Assembly: GCA_905178155.1 (NCBI GenBank)
Contig: CAJINV010000002.1
Span: 12,766,387-12,830,386 of the forward strand
Source: Amoebophrya sp. A120
Taxonomy: Eukaryota > Protista > Dinoflagellata
Reading direction: 5' to 3'
Length of the DNA: 64,000 bases
Positions 1 through 13,175 of this stretch are shown here, in pieces; positions within the stretch are counted from its first letter, which is position 1; every line of letters starts with the position of its first letter. The position numbers and the translations under genes are program-made. Under the pieces are notes generated by a model, which had not been told where the DNA came from, searched no databases, and saw nothing but the letters and a program-made list of their open reading frames with translations.

Positions 1-406
1 GGGCCGCCGCGGGCGACAGTAGTTGTCCGCGGCCCTTTAGGGCCGCGGGGAAGTGGTGGAGCCCGCGGCGGCCCGCAGGCTCCTGCGATAAGCTTTGAAT
101 GCGAATCCGGAAGCCCCCGATGACCCAGATACCTTTCTGGCCAGGGGGCCAGTTTCTCATGCAGGGGGCTTGAAGAAGAAGGAGTGGGACTATAATCAAA
201 AATATATAGCGCCAAAGCGCGGCCCGCAGGGCCGCGCTTTCGCCGCGCGGCTGGTTAGGCTTTCGCGCTGGTTAGAATTTCGCGCACGCATTTGGTTACC
301 AATATCGCCCTCCGGGCGCGACCTTCATACAGAAGGAATTCTTGATTTTGCAGTGCTTGTTTTGCTTGTGAACAATTCTTCCTCTTCGTCGAACTGACAC
401 TGCAGG

Positions 407-1559
407 ATTGGACTACGCCACCATGGAAGTTTTGAACAAGCTGGAGGAGCAGTCCCCCGATATTGGCCAGGGCGTGCATGGCATGGGCACGAAAATCTCG
501 CCCGAAGAGTTGGGCGCCGGGGATCAGGGGCACATGTTTGGGTACGCCAGTGACGAGACGCCCGAACTGATGCCGCTCACGCACAGTCTCTCCACGCAAC
601 TGGGGAAGAAACTCACCGACGTGCGCAAGGATGGCACCCTCCCCTGGGTGCGACCCGATGGGAAGACCCAGGTAGAATTTTTTTCTTTTGTAAGGGCACT
701 AACTGCAAACTTTACATGATAGATGCCTATTCAGTGCTGTAGCTACAGAAACAGAAACACGGTGTGTGTGATACTCGGGTTCATCATCGCATCATCAGGT
801 CACCTGCGAGTACCAGAAGGGGCCCAAGGGAGAGATGCTGCCGCAGAGGGTGCACACCATTTTGATCAGTACGCAGCACTCGCCGGAGGTCACACTGGAA
901 CAGCAAAAGAAGGATCTGATGGAACACGTTATTAAGCCGGTGGTGCCTGCGAAGTACCTGGACGACGACACGATTTATCACATCAACCCGAGTGGAAGGT
1001 AGACCCCATTTGTTTCGGCGGTGCTGTTTTTGGGCATGAAATAGAAATACCAGCTATTTGATATAGGAACTTGAATGTTGGTAAAAAATCGAATGCTCCA
1101 TAAAGGTTTGTGATCGGCGGGCCGCATGGCGACGCTGGGTTGACGGGCCGAAAAATCATCATCGACACGTACGGCGGCTGGGGCGCTCACGGTGGTGGTG
1201 CCTTCAGTGGAAAGGACACGAGCAAGGTGGACCGGTCCGCCGCCTACGCCGCCCGCTGGGCCGCGAAGTCGTTGGTTGCGGCTGGGCTGGCGAAGCGCGC
1301 ACTGGTGCAGGTGTCGTACGCAATCGGTGTGGTCCAGCCCTTGTCCATGTTCGTCGACAGTTACGGAACTGGTGCGAAGGACGATGAAACGCTGTGCGAG
1401 ATCGTCAAGCGTAACTTCGACTTCCGCCCGGGCTGCATCCAGCGCGACCTGAACCTGAAATCGCCGCAGTTCCAGCCCCTGGCCGCCTACGGACACTTCG
1501 GCCGCGACGACCTGAAACCGGCCTGGGAGGTGGTCAAAGATCTGAAGCACGAAGTGTGA
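407..1559 (+). CDS. MAT: S-adenosylmethionine synthetase (canonical MAT type), 5' part outside window; GT-AG introns 672-798 and 999-1105
   Basis: Motifs [49 protein letters not shown] and YGHFGR; spliced exons join in frame. Confidence 0.96.
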
Positions 1560-3064
1560 ATGTCGAAAGCATCTTTGTTTTTCAACTGACTTGTCGGCAG
1601 TGCGCCTGATGTTGTCATTGTTCAACACTGCAATAGCATTGATATTTGCTGTCCTTCTTGAAGCTTGAATGTAGGTGAACAAAGGTTTCTACTTACGGCC
1701 AGGACATGTGGAAAGGAGAAACGGCCGCTTTTTGGACACGCCGAAGTGCAAGTTTTACTTTTAGCGACAGGAGTCAGGAGTATACCATTGATTTTGGATG
1801 TGGAGTTTAAAAATGGGTACGAGTCCAGGAATAATTCATCAGTTTATAAATAGATACAGCAGGTATAAGCGCTTGAGGCCGAATTGTTTTGAAATGGGAA
1901 TATGAAGAAGAACATTTGCAACGTCTCGCGACAAGGACTGCTTGCAATCGCAGGTTTCAGTTCATTTGCACGCCAGGTACTTTGGAATTTTATAATCAGA
2001 TTTCACTTACGAGATGGGGGTCTTTGTACTTTCCTTGATAAACGGAGAACGACGTTCGGGTTTACAGACGACGAGTCTCTAGTAACTATGGGCAACAAAA
2101 ACGTGAATCGAATTCTCGCACTTGCACTCCCAGAAGTTCTTTGCTATGCCCGACCGTGTGGCATGTGAGAGCAGTGACTACTTTTTCAAACACAAAACTA
2201 AGCTAAGCAGCCCGCATGAAAGGCACGTTATAATTTTGATATTGTACGTAGCTTCTGAAGAAATAAGCGTGAGCGCAAGCAGCATCGCTGTTGCAAAATC
2301 CAAAGCCAAAATGCAATACTGGCCTCGCAAACTGTGAAGCGGTGCCGCTGCGTTGACGGTGGTCATCGCAGGTCCGCGTGTATCCATGATGAAACGTCTC
2401 GTGCAGGATCACTCTTGCTTTTTCGTGTCGCATTTCAGTTTCTTTTAGCGACTTCTTGCTTGTTCTGTATTGGATGTCTTGCACTATGGTGCACTTGCGG
2501 CCTGAAAGTCACCTACATCGGTGTTGCTCTCTGTCAGTATCGGAAGTGTGCGGCTTATGTCACAACGGAAAATAAGAATGTGCTTCGTTACCCTTCCAAC
2601 TTTCTCAAGTCGGTACGTCGTGGGTGTGCGGATGAAGTTTCGGTTTTATGTACCAACTGCTTTTCTCCAAGTCCAACAAGTTGTTGGTTTCGGTTGTGTG
2701 GACATAAAAAAACAGTAAGTAAGTCTCTCGGTTGCTGTCGCACTTCGTTTTTCGTATGTTTGTACTTGCTTACTTATGTGCATGCAGATGCAGCGGTAGT
2801 GATGAGTCGGCTGTGTGCAATCTGCAGTCATTGTATAGTTCTTGTTTCAACCTCGCCAGGTTCACCTACTGACAGTTCGCGCAAATTATTTGCAACGTCC
2901 TGCACAAGAACCTAGCACTTCCACGAACGTAGTGCCCCAAATCCGCATGAAAAACTTTCTTCGGATCGAAGAATAAAAGAGTCGAACTTCGTTCAATTAT
3001 ACTTACTTCACTGCCTTCTACTTATTTCCACAAATTGATATAGCACAACTTCTGTCCTTCTAAA

Positions 3065-4553
3065 ATGGATGCGAGAGATGAAATTGACCGCCCAGCTGCT
3101 TCCAGCACCGCACTGGATTCCGACTCCAATCCTTCCGCAATTATCCCCGCTCGCACATCACAAGCGAAAACCGGTGTGCGCCAAGTCGGCGGGCGCCGCG
3201 TTCGGCAGGCGGGGTCCTCGACGAAGCGGGTTATTTTGGTGGATAAAAACCACGGAGCACACGACAAGAAGCGAGCTCTTGCCCAAGGTCTACAACAAGA
3301 ACTTCGCCGGGTCATTCAAAATGCCTCCAAGAACAACGGGGTCGTCCACGACGACCAGGTTGCGGTCGCCAAAAAGCTTCAAAAGATGCTGGGACTCAGT
3401 CCCCGTGTAGTCTTGCGACGCGACAAGCGGCTGGCAGCTGCGATCACTGCGCTTCTGTCTCTGCACTCCTGCGGTCGTGTTCTTGTACCCATGAACATCA
3501 TGCTACAGCCACCGGCCGTAGCTGCTGCCATGTCCTCCGCCTCCGCATCTTCAGCCCAGGGAACTACAAGCAGCGGCCGTGGACAACCAGGACAGGAGAA
3601 TGTTTCGGAGGAGAACCTCCTGCCCTTGCTGGATTTCTTGTTGGGCATGAGCAAGGATCGTGGGAAGAACGACCACATGGACACGTTCGAAAAGCTTCGC
3701 GAGCGGCTAAATGTGCGGAAAAACCTGCGGGACCACGGGGACGAGCGCCAAGGCTTTTTCAACCTGGTACTTGCCCACCTGGACGCGGTGCTTGAGTTCT
3801 TGGGCGTGCACCCCGCGTTTCGGTTCGCGAGAACAACAACTGGAAGTACAACCACGGAAAAGACCTGGAAGTACAACCTCGCAAGTTCGACCATGGAGAA
3901 ATATCAAATGTAAAAATGTATGGGTCTTGAGGAATGCAACTTGTGATGCTGCATTTGGATTCCATAAAAAATCTGTATTGCATGAGTACCAAAGGAAATG
4001 CAACTTTTGCTACACTGAGAAAGCATTTTTCATGCGGATTACGCATCAAGAAGCCCTGAAAAAATCTGTATTGCTAGGGTATGCATCACAGACATCATGG
4101 CTCATGCAAAACGTGCATGACAAGTGTCAGAATCTTCCAGACCCAGACATTTTTACAGTTGATAAGAAAATCAAAAGTACTACGGAGGGGCCGTTTGCCG
4201 TGTTGGTTGAAGACGCGGAGACCCGACGCGTCCGCCAGGCCTTCACCGCTTACCACCCCCCGGCCGTGACCGGCAAGCCGCGGAAGCCGTCCTCATACCA
4301 GCGGGCGTTGGCTAACAAAAAGGAGCCCGCGGACACCTCTGCCAGTGGTCACCTGGAGCAGCTCATCTCGCGCTGGCTGGAACGCATGCGGTTGAAAGTG
4401 GTGCACCCGCTCATCAACTTTGCGCAGGACTGGAAGGAATCGGCTATCGCGTGGGACCACCAGATCACATACGACCAGCCGCACCGCCTGTTTCAGAACT
4501 ATCGGGACGCTCTCCCGTATGACCCCTATTCACTATCAGCTCGATACTCATGA
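3065..4553 (+). CDS. Hypothetical protein, split by introner 3902-4164
   Basis: ORFs 3065-3913 and 3711-4553 join in frame (MEK|IKSTTEG) after removing the element plus one AGAAA. Confidence 0.65.
3902..4164. mobile_element. Introner, TIR family A (263 bp)
   Basis: TATCAAATGTAAAAATGTATGGGTCT...AGACCCAGACATTTTTACAGTTGATA; DR AGAAA/AGAAA. Confidence 0.92.
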
Positions 4554-5041
4554 TCCTGCTCCCGTGGAAGTTGACTTCTTCTGAACACAACGACCCATCA
4601 AGGAAGAATTCTTCAACAAAGTGCTGGCATGAAAGCTGCTGATGCGAGGAGGGTAGTCTTTACTTATTTCGGTAGTGCGTTCTTAGTTTGAACTTATTTC
4701 GGTAGTGCGTTGTTGTTTTCGGCACTGGCATTGTCAATAGCTACGCTGCTGCCTCTCCCTCTACGGAAGAGGCATGCGGTTTTTGTAGAGTTTTGACCAA
4801 CTACCTGAACTTTCGTGGGGCCTGTGCGTGGCTGGCGAGCGAATACTTCGACAAACCGCTGTCTATTATACAGAAAAAGGTAAAGAAGTAATGTCGTTGC
4901 ACAGTTAGTACGGAAACCTTGAAGAAGTTCAGAACCGCAATGACAACTAGTAGTTCCTGGTCCTCTTCTTGCATAGAACAGCGTATTTATTAACTTCCTG
5001 ACGCAAGAAAAGTACAACTGCCACAAATTTCGGTTGCATAT

Positions 5042-6612
5042 TGGTACCGAAGGTCGGGCAGTGGTCCATCGGTTCCGGAGGGAAAATTCTTTGACTCGGA
5101 TGGGGAGGTGAATAAGGAGGTATTGAAGCGGTGGCGGGACATACCCTGGGCGATTCGTCTTTTCGTCTACCCCACGCTGAGCCCGGACGACCAAAACATG
5201 GCGACCCCCGTATCAAACGGGAGCAAAGCTGCAAAGGGCTGCTCTATTTTCATCTCCGAGGCGCTTAACGAGTGTTACTCATTTTGCATTTGACCAGCTT
5301 GGTTCTTCTGTGTTTGCCTCCTTGGGGAATAAGCGGAAAAAAGATTGATGTCATGGAGTATGGAAAAGGCGACATCAGAAAGAACTGATTTTTAGGTACA
5401 CACGACAAATCGTGATTTTTATGTTTATTATGGTCTACTTTACGGGGAAAAAGACAAAGAGGAGCCCGTGTTTTGCTGGCGATACCGTGGCGAAAGTGGT
5501 ATCCCAGAACTCGCAATGGATGACAGCCTTCTGAAGACCGTGGAAGTGCTATGTTGTGTAAGAACGCACCTGCCCCACAGCTAAAACGTAAATTCCGTAC
5601 TTAGTTTGAGGTGCGAGTTGCCCATGACAAAACTGGCTTCGCAATTTCCATATCGACCAGGTAGCAACGTTGCCCTCATACAGAGCAATTCGCTGCTTCT
5701 CCTGATTGGCGCTCCATCCAGGATAAATCCATAGTCTTGTGGTCTACTTGTTGATAGTATTATTACAGTCTAGTCTTATACTCTTGAGAGGTGATCAACA
5801 TTACACGTGTTTCTTCTACAAATGCAAATATTTTCAAATCTGAATGACAAAAATACATATCGTCCTACTAGCGTGGGTGGGGGCGTTTTTTCCAGGGATA
5901 AGTTTTCCTGAACGGGCGGTCAACCGAGCTGTTGGATGAGAACCCACAGCCCGTGGGAACTCCGCGGAGAGCGGCCTCTTCGGCAGAGGAGCTTGCGAAA
6001 AATCCGATGAAGCAGTTTCTGTACAAGTTTTTTGTTGGGGACGAAGCGAACAAGCATGAAGTTTTGCAGAAGGCCACGTCTACGCAGCCCGTTCCGGAGC
6101 GGCAGCAGACCCGCGGAGTCGAGCAGCCGCAACGTGAAGACGATGCCCGTGCAAAGAAACCGTTTCTGGCCAGAAGCGGGGACAACAACAACAAGAACGC
6201 AGGGAGGGACCACGAGGTCCGCGAGCAAAGCCTAAGCGGCGCGTCGGCGGGAACCACATCAACAACGCCGGAGTTGTTGTCGCAGGAAGAGCAGAAGCTC
6301 GTTGCGCAGTACCGAACGGATTACCTGAGTCGGTGCGTGTCCCCCAACTTGCACAAACATTTCATCATGGAAATCGCACGGTGGGGCGCGCCGCGCGACT
6401 GGTTTGCCGCGATCTTGCAGACGTATGTGGACCAGAAGGCGGAGGACAAGGCGGAGCTTCTGGGGCGGGAATACTTGGCGGGCGGGACGTGCGAAGTTCC
6501 CGCGGCAGCTGAGTCTTTTTTCCCACACGCGGGACAGGAAGGCTCCCAAAACGCGCAGTGCAGGGACAGCACCGGCGTATTCCTGAATATTTGGCAGGAA
6601 GGTCAACTTTGA
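5042..6612 (+). CDS. Hypothetical protein (start uncertain), split by two degenerate introners
   Basis: Exons ~5042-5210, 5490-5549 and 5906-6612 read in one frame (NMATP|GESGIPELAMDDSLLKTVEV|FLNGRSTELLDENP). Confidence 0.55.
5211..5484. mobile_element. Degenerate introner (274 bp)
   Basis: TATC...GATA ends, weak TIR, DR CCCCG/CCGTG; element+5 nt restores frame. Confidence 0.5.
5550..5900. mobile_element. Degenerate introner (351 bp), right end resembles families D/F
   Basis: TATG...GGGTGGGGGCGTTTTTTCCAGGGATA; DR AGTGC/AGTTT; element+5 nt restores frame; internal CATGACAA. Confidence 0.55.
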
Positions 6613-7986
6613 AGGAACTGCTTGTCGTGCCTTTTTGAGACAATTTTTCAGTTTCGGTCACGTGCTGAGATTTGTCTTGATCTTGCAAAATGCCGGAAGC
6701 TTACTTTTGTTTTCCTCTCCTGTTCGTTCGGAAGAGCCCATTTCGCTTGCTTTCGACGTCTCTTGATGTCTAAACAAGCATCTCCATCAATCTGCGCACA
6801 TGGACATAAAATCTTCATTCATGCTGGAGCACGGTGCATTCATCTTTTGCAGTGTCTTTCCTTCGCGCACAGATCATATTTGATTTCCTTTAAACGCGAA
6901 ACAAGCCCGAGAAGGCAGATTGTGTTGAAAATTCTTAACTATTGAAACGCTATATCTTCAAAAATTTCCAAAATTTGTTACCGTTTTCTGTTGTACGCAA
7001 AACCAAACACCAGTGGTAGAGTCAGTTTGCTTTGTTTTCTGCCTAGGTACACGTGTTGAAATTAATTCGTTTAACAAGTAGAATTTTTGTTTTGAACATG
7101 CGCATAATTTGTCTCGACTTTACAGTATTGATTCAGTATCGACCTCACGTTTGGGTATTTCATCATCATCGTCAGCTTTTTTCTCAAAATCGAAAGCCAA
7201 AAAACAGCGAATGTTGAATGTGCTCAAAAAATGTGTAACAAGTAAGTACAGGAAAAATGCTATGAATGTTGGTTAGTCCTCTGGAATTATACAATCATCT
7301 GTGGACTTCGTGTATCTGCCATTTCTTTGCAAAGCAGCTCACTGTCACGTCAGGAAATGAGCACTCGCATTGTTCGTCTCTATGTCATTCGTTGAAGGTG
7401 TCCGTCTTATTTTAGCCGAAGAACCCGAGTCAAGAATGATGTTGAACAGCTATCAGATCTGAACGTAGGATGTAGCCCAAGAATGTTTACTTCGTGCCTA
7501 CGAAATAGTTGCTTCAGATCGTCATCGTCACTACTTATCATCTTCTTAATCATGCATTTCGGTCGCATTTCCATGTCATCGATCTCATGATTGACCGCAA
7601 TATGGAATTCTATGGAATATGCTAGAGCAAAAGCAGTTGTTTCGGGGTCTCACACGGGAAGCAAAAAATCGCGTCTATCGTACTTTTTTCTCGTCTTTTT
7701 TCGTGATTCATTTGAATTGTAGTTCGCAAGTGCGCAAAAGCGTCGCGAATTCCTCTCGTTCAAAATCCGCACCAATTTTTGTCACATTCCGAATCTTTCA
7801 GTGTTTTTTTTTCGAACCGGGGAACGATTTACGAGAATAGACCACGCGTGAAGACAAGGCGGCAGCAGTTGCTAGGCTAAGTCTACTAAGCCACAGACGA
7901 CCAAGTATTCTATCTTTCTATAGTGTTGTTCTCCACTGCTTTAGCTTTTGTTGACGCCGACCACCGCGACAGAATTGAACAACAAG

Positions 7987-10900
7987 ATGGTTGTCCAAAC
8001 GGTTCCCGACCAGGGAAAGCAAGTGCAGCTCGCCGTTGGTGAGCAGCAGGTGGTGGAAAAGTCAGCCGGGCCGTCCTCTCCGCGGCGGTCGCTGTCGCCG
8101 AAATTTTCGCAGAAGAAGGCACGCATGCGGGAGTTCGACAAGATTGTGAAGTCCATGCCGAGCGCGCAGTGGATCTTGGAGACCGACGACTTTTTCGCCA
8201 AGAAGGTTGCGAAGCCGAAGTGGAACAACCAAGTGTCGTTGTTCGAGAACGTTTATGCATTGCAAAAGTATCGTACAAATCTCCTCAGCATGAGAAATAA
8301 AATTTGTCATGCGGATTTACCTTACGAAAAAAATTTGTAATGGCATGACTGCAAATCATACGAGTGCGATACTTTTCCTTTTGCTGAGGATAACGTGGGT
8401 TGTTGCGCGAACGGACGCAGTTACTTTGACCGCTTCCGGCCGCGGGCCAAGGACCACGCCAGCAAAACCGGAAACCTGAAGTCAACCTGGCTCATGGACA
8501 ATGTGGCTGACAACGAAAAGCATCTCATCGGCGGACCAAAACTGAAATCCCGTACACTTATAATTGACTTTACGTAGTTGGATTTGTAAAACAAGTTCAT
8601 CTGCGCGTGCTTTGCCTTGCCTCTTTTTTGTGCATCTAGTTCAGTTTTTCCTCTGCGGTTTTTTCATTTGAAGCAACATGTGCAAGGAGTCGGCGTGAAC
8701 ATGGTTCTCTGGTATTCATTACTGCTTCATTTCTTACAGCCGCGTGCAAGATCCTGTATTCGCACGTGCACCGAGTTCCGACGCCCCGGCAAAATTATTT
8801 GACGAAGCACGGTCTCATATTCTGAGTAAAGACGTCCCCACCCCATAGTTGTCATGCAATTCCGCATGCCAAAAAAGTTTCTCATGCAGAGCCCTATGCG
8901 AAGCATTTTCTATTCGTGTTTTGGAATTTGTGACGCTAGAGTCAGCATCTTATGCTAGATCTGTGATGCTTCTTCACTAGCTAAACAGGATTACGCTACG
9001 CGGACAAACTTGTCATGCCAAACAAGCAAAGCTGGCTGATTTGTCTAGCAGATTATCCATCTTGACTCTGGTGTGGGGACGTTTTTACTCAGGATATCTC
9101 ACGCCAGTGGTGTGTCCCGACGACCCGATTCCAAAGCCGGAGATCATCGCCGGGAGCGGGTACGTATCAACTGTAAAAATGTCTGGGTCTGGAAGAATCC
9201 AACTTGTCATGCTGATTTTGGATTCTAAAAAAATCTGTATTGCATGAGCAGCAAAGAGAGTCCAAGTTTTGCTGCACGGAAAGAGCATTTGTCATGCGGT
9301 ATAGGCATCAGAAAGCCCTCACAAAATCTGTGATGCTAGAGCATGCATCACAGACATCAGGAGTCATGCAAAATGTGCATGACAAACCAATAAACCTTCA
9401 CTAGATCGCATGCAAACAGGCCTCGGCACCTGTTTGCATATCGGTCGACGTGAGCACCGCGGCAGCATTAAGGTCAAAATGAAAACTAGGAATGAGATTC
9501 ATCGTAAGTTTAGTAGCCAAAATTCAATTCAGCGTCGGTTCGTGCACGAAGCCGACGCTGAATTGAAGCGTCGGTTCGTGCACGTGTGTCGCCCTTCGTT
9601 CGTTGCTTCCAGGAGCATGATCGCAAATTCGTACGCTCCTCCTGCTTTGAAAAAAAAAATCCGATCTTCCCGTCTGCCCCCATCTTCCCATGTAGAGTTA
9701 GGTCTCTGCCCTTTTATTGCTTCTCTCGTGTAGATGTGTTGTTGTTTTACCTGACTCGCCTTCTTAGCGCTAGCCCGCGTAGCCCGCGTCCTTGCAGGGG
9801 CAGCTGTTTTTTTTCCGCCTTGCCAGCGGGTTTTGTCGCGGGGAAGAAAGCAATCTGGGTTCAACGGTCCCCGCCCCCCCATCATCGTGGGTTCGACGGC
9901 CCCCGCCCCAAAGGAGACCACTTAGAAATATTTTTTTTGTAGAGTGCAAATTTTCACTGCGATCAACCGTTCACCATCGGCTGAAGCTGCACATGCATCC
10001 GGAGTAGTTTTGAAAAATTAACTTTATTGCCCGCGGCTTACGGGTTTCGTCTAAAGGTTCTTCGTCAGGGTGCGCGGTTTCTATTATTGGCGTTCGGCTT
10101 GGTCGCACCCTATGGCTAGTATCTGAGATCAGAAGACCATTTATTTCGGGGGACAGTAGCGCGCGAAAAAAGTTCGTCGCGGGGGCACCCCGCATGGTTC
10201 GTTTTTATATGCTTTCCGCACCATGCATCGATGGCCGGGGGTTCGGTCGTGTTTCCCGCTGGGCTTTTCAAACGCGGGTTTGCAAAGCCCGTTTGCATAG
10301 GGCGTTCCCAGTATCCGCGTTTACATAGATCCCGGATATCGCCCCCTATGGGCAACTATCTCCCTAGACAGTGGCTCCTCCCTATCTTTACTACCGTCAG
10401 GTGCAGCGGCTTTCTGCACATAGCGCCTAGTCTCGACCCATATCGACCCCCCTTGCTATTCGTCCCACAGCATAGCAACGTCCGCCGCGGCTTACGGCTA
10501 TAGACGTTAACTATATCGTGGGGATTTTCTATGCGTGTGTCCGGTCCGAGTTCGAAAAAGGGTTCAGGGGTGACCCCCCTGTATGCATGCGGATTTATGC
10601 TTCCGAAGGGTTTAGGGTTTTGATTTGTATGGACCAATGCGGCGCGCACATCGAGTTTCCTGGCAGTGTCGACCTGCTGTACACGGCGTAACCCCCGGCG
10701 GAAATAGACCGGAAAACGCATCTGAAACTGAAACTGAGCTTGATCTCGATGTTCTATCGACCACCGATGTCGACCTTTTGCAGTATGCACGCACAAACGA
10801 GATTTTCGAAAGCGGAGGGGGGGGGGAAGAGACCCCCATTTGGTTGTCGCGGCGCGAAGCCGCAAATCCTTGGGCCACGTCTACCACCAGAAGTATTCCG

Positions 10901-11188
10901 CCCGGGGGACGCCTCCAGTTCAGTTCAGTTCAGTTCAAAACAAACTGCCGCCATGTAAAAAAAAAAAAAAAATGTGCATGACAAACCTGGCAATCTTCCA
11001 GACCCAGACATTTTTACAGTTGATAATACGGCATGAAATACAACACGGTGGCGCACTCTGATTTCCGGGAGTACTTCGGTCACCACAAGCAACACCGCAC
11101 GTTGCAGCGAAGCGTGGAGGAGTCAAACAAGGCCCTGCAGCTCAACTCCCTCGAGAAGGCAGGACTCCGCCCGGAAAGAGTACATTGA
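7987..11188 (+). CDS. Hypothetical protein with three introners and one GT-AG intron (8552-8739)
   Basis: Reconstructed continuous frame FENV|GCCANG...LKS|PACKILY...KHGL|TPVVCP...GSGY|GMKYNT...ERVH*. Confidence 0.7.
8254..8392. mobile_element. Short introner (139 bp), family H
   Basis: TATGCATTGCAAAAGTATCGTAC...GTGCGATACTTTTCCTTTTGCTGAGGATA; DR ACGTT/ACGTG; internal TTGTCATGC. Confidence 0.75.
8818..9096. mobile_element. Introner, TIR family B (279 bp)
   Basis: TATTCTGAGTAAAGACGTCCCCAC...GTGGGGACGTTTTTACTCAGGATA; DR TCTCA/TCTCA; same TIR and length as 57005-57283. Confidence 0.9.
9165..11025. mobile_element. Introner family A expanded to 1861 bp by a nested retroposon
   Basis: TIR TATCAACTGTAAAAATGTCTGGGTCTGGAAGA and its reverse complement; DR GTACG/ATACG; 262 bp remain after subtracting the insert and one 19-bp TSD. 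Confidence 0.9.
9389..10968 (+). mobile_element. Poly(A)-tailed retroposed insert (~1580 bp, non-coding) with 19-bp TSD
   Basis: AAAATGTGCATGACAAACC at 9370-9388 and 10969-10987; A-run 10957-10972; (CAGTT)4 just upstream; no long ORF. Confidence 0.8.
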
Positions 11189-13175
11189 ATGATAAATTGA
11201 GTGAAGCAGGAATTTTTGCAAAGTCGTGCTCTTCGTGCTGCAAGGAGTGTGTCTACTTACAATGCTTGTGTTTTTGCTCGCTGTAGTGTCTTGGTCGTTC
11301 GATACTTTACAACTGCTCCTTTTGATGAAGCCTAAAAGTTATTCAGTGAATACTATTTCTAGCATCTTCGTAACGCTAGAACGCCAGACACGCAAAATTG
11401 TTTTTGAAATGAAACATCAGCTGCCATCGCGGAAGCGGCGGTTGGAAATGCGATACAGTCAATCGCAGCCGATGCTCACGTATCCTGCAAAAGAGCCTCG
11501 CACGCGCATTTCAGACTACTAGCGATGTCAAGAAGGGGCATGTGATGCTGACAGCTAGCGACAAACTTAGTCCGACTTATCTACGGTGAGCTGTTGTGTT
11601 TCAAATTCAATATCTTCTCTGCAGCATGAAACAAAGAGAATAAACAATCGAGTTTGATGTACTAATCCTAACCGCAGCTAATGCACCGAAATGCGTATGC
11701 GAGAAGAAAGTTTTGCGCTGCATACCGCCGGACCGCTGGGATACGAAAGTATGGATTCTAGCCTGCAAGGAACCATGTACAACACGGCCGAATGGACTCA
11801 GAAACTCGGCGGAGAGCACTGAGCACCGGCGTAGATGTTGCATGATTTTATTGTTCGTTTGCTTTTTCGTGATTGTGATTGAGATAGAGATTGCATTTTT
11901 GCGGCAACACGCACATACCGCATGTTGCGAACGTGCATGCTCCAGCTCACGCTACTGCTGTACAAAAAGTCTGAGTGCACATTCATTCGATAAATACGAT
12001 ATTTTACGCAAGATTTGCTTGTTGTTTTTCGTTTTTCACGCTTAATTTGATATTCTCTACACATTTCCTGTAATTTAGAAACATTGGATTTTTTTTCATA
12101 TCATAGAGAACCGGGAAAGTATTCTCAGTAGCTTTAGCTTTATACACATTGTGCACGTGCTATACCTGGATGCTATGTATTGCGCGCATTCCGAATTCAT
12201 TGTACAATATAGTTTTGGTGCTACTGTGGATCCTGATTTTATTTTGGTCTTGGGCACTAAGTGACCCCCTGTAGCAGTCGTCGGCTACAACATGATCGAC
12301 GCGCAAACTACAGTGCGATGTGTTCGAGCACCAACGATTAACTAGGAAATCCCATCTCCCACGAGGAGACAGCGATAAAAGTGATCCGCATCAACAACGC
12401 AAGATCATGACACACACTAAAAGTGTGGAAAAAGAATCTCAATGTTTGAAGATGTTGAACGCCCACCAGCAAAATAGAGGTGGAGCTTAAAGCCTGTAAA
12501 CTACGTATTTAGCTTAAGTGCTGCTCGACTCTAAGCTTTTATTCGCAGCTGATGCCTGAATCGTGTACCACCTGGTCCTGGTTCTATTATCCATCCTCTC
12601 AGTTCCTTTACTTTGTCGATACTTGATAGCAATTTTTATTTTTGTATAATTTTTACGGCGAGTGCTCTTTTTGCTAGTAGATCGGTCGCATTCCTGCTAT
12701 ATATTTGGTGTAGTTGTTATGACTTTCTAGAAACCTCCATGATGAGACCGGATCGCAACTAAAAAGTGTAGATGGGAAACAAGAGGCGAAGGCATCATGT
12801 TGAAGCGACGTGGACGACGGCGGGCGGCTGCACTGCCGCGTGACCTGAAAGGCCTCCAGCCTACCGCGGAGCCGTTGCTTTGAGCGATTCGCTTTTAGTG
12901 CTGCACGTTGTAGACGTAAAAGTTCGAGCCTGCTTGCCTTCCGATTGCCGATTCATCCTACTTTTGTTTTGGTCGCAACGACAGCACGGGCAACACCCCC
13001 CTCGAGCTCGCGAGTCCCGGGTACTTAGAAAATAGTTCGCTGCACTTGGAGCAGCAACGAAAACCGCAGCGCATCTTCTCTGTGCAAGTAGCACCACAGC
13101 TCCGGACGACAGGGACTTTAAAAAACGTTTGTTTGAACAAAAAGTTTCTTCATCCCGTGACACGCCTCCTTCAAG

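Noticed and set aside
4864-5040. Possible additional degenerate introner (TATT...GCATA) upstream of the 5042 exon
   Set aside because: IR and DR (CTGTC/TTGGT) are too weak and no upstream exon could be confirmed.
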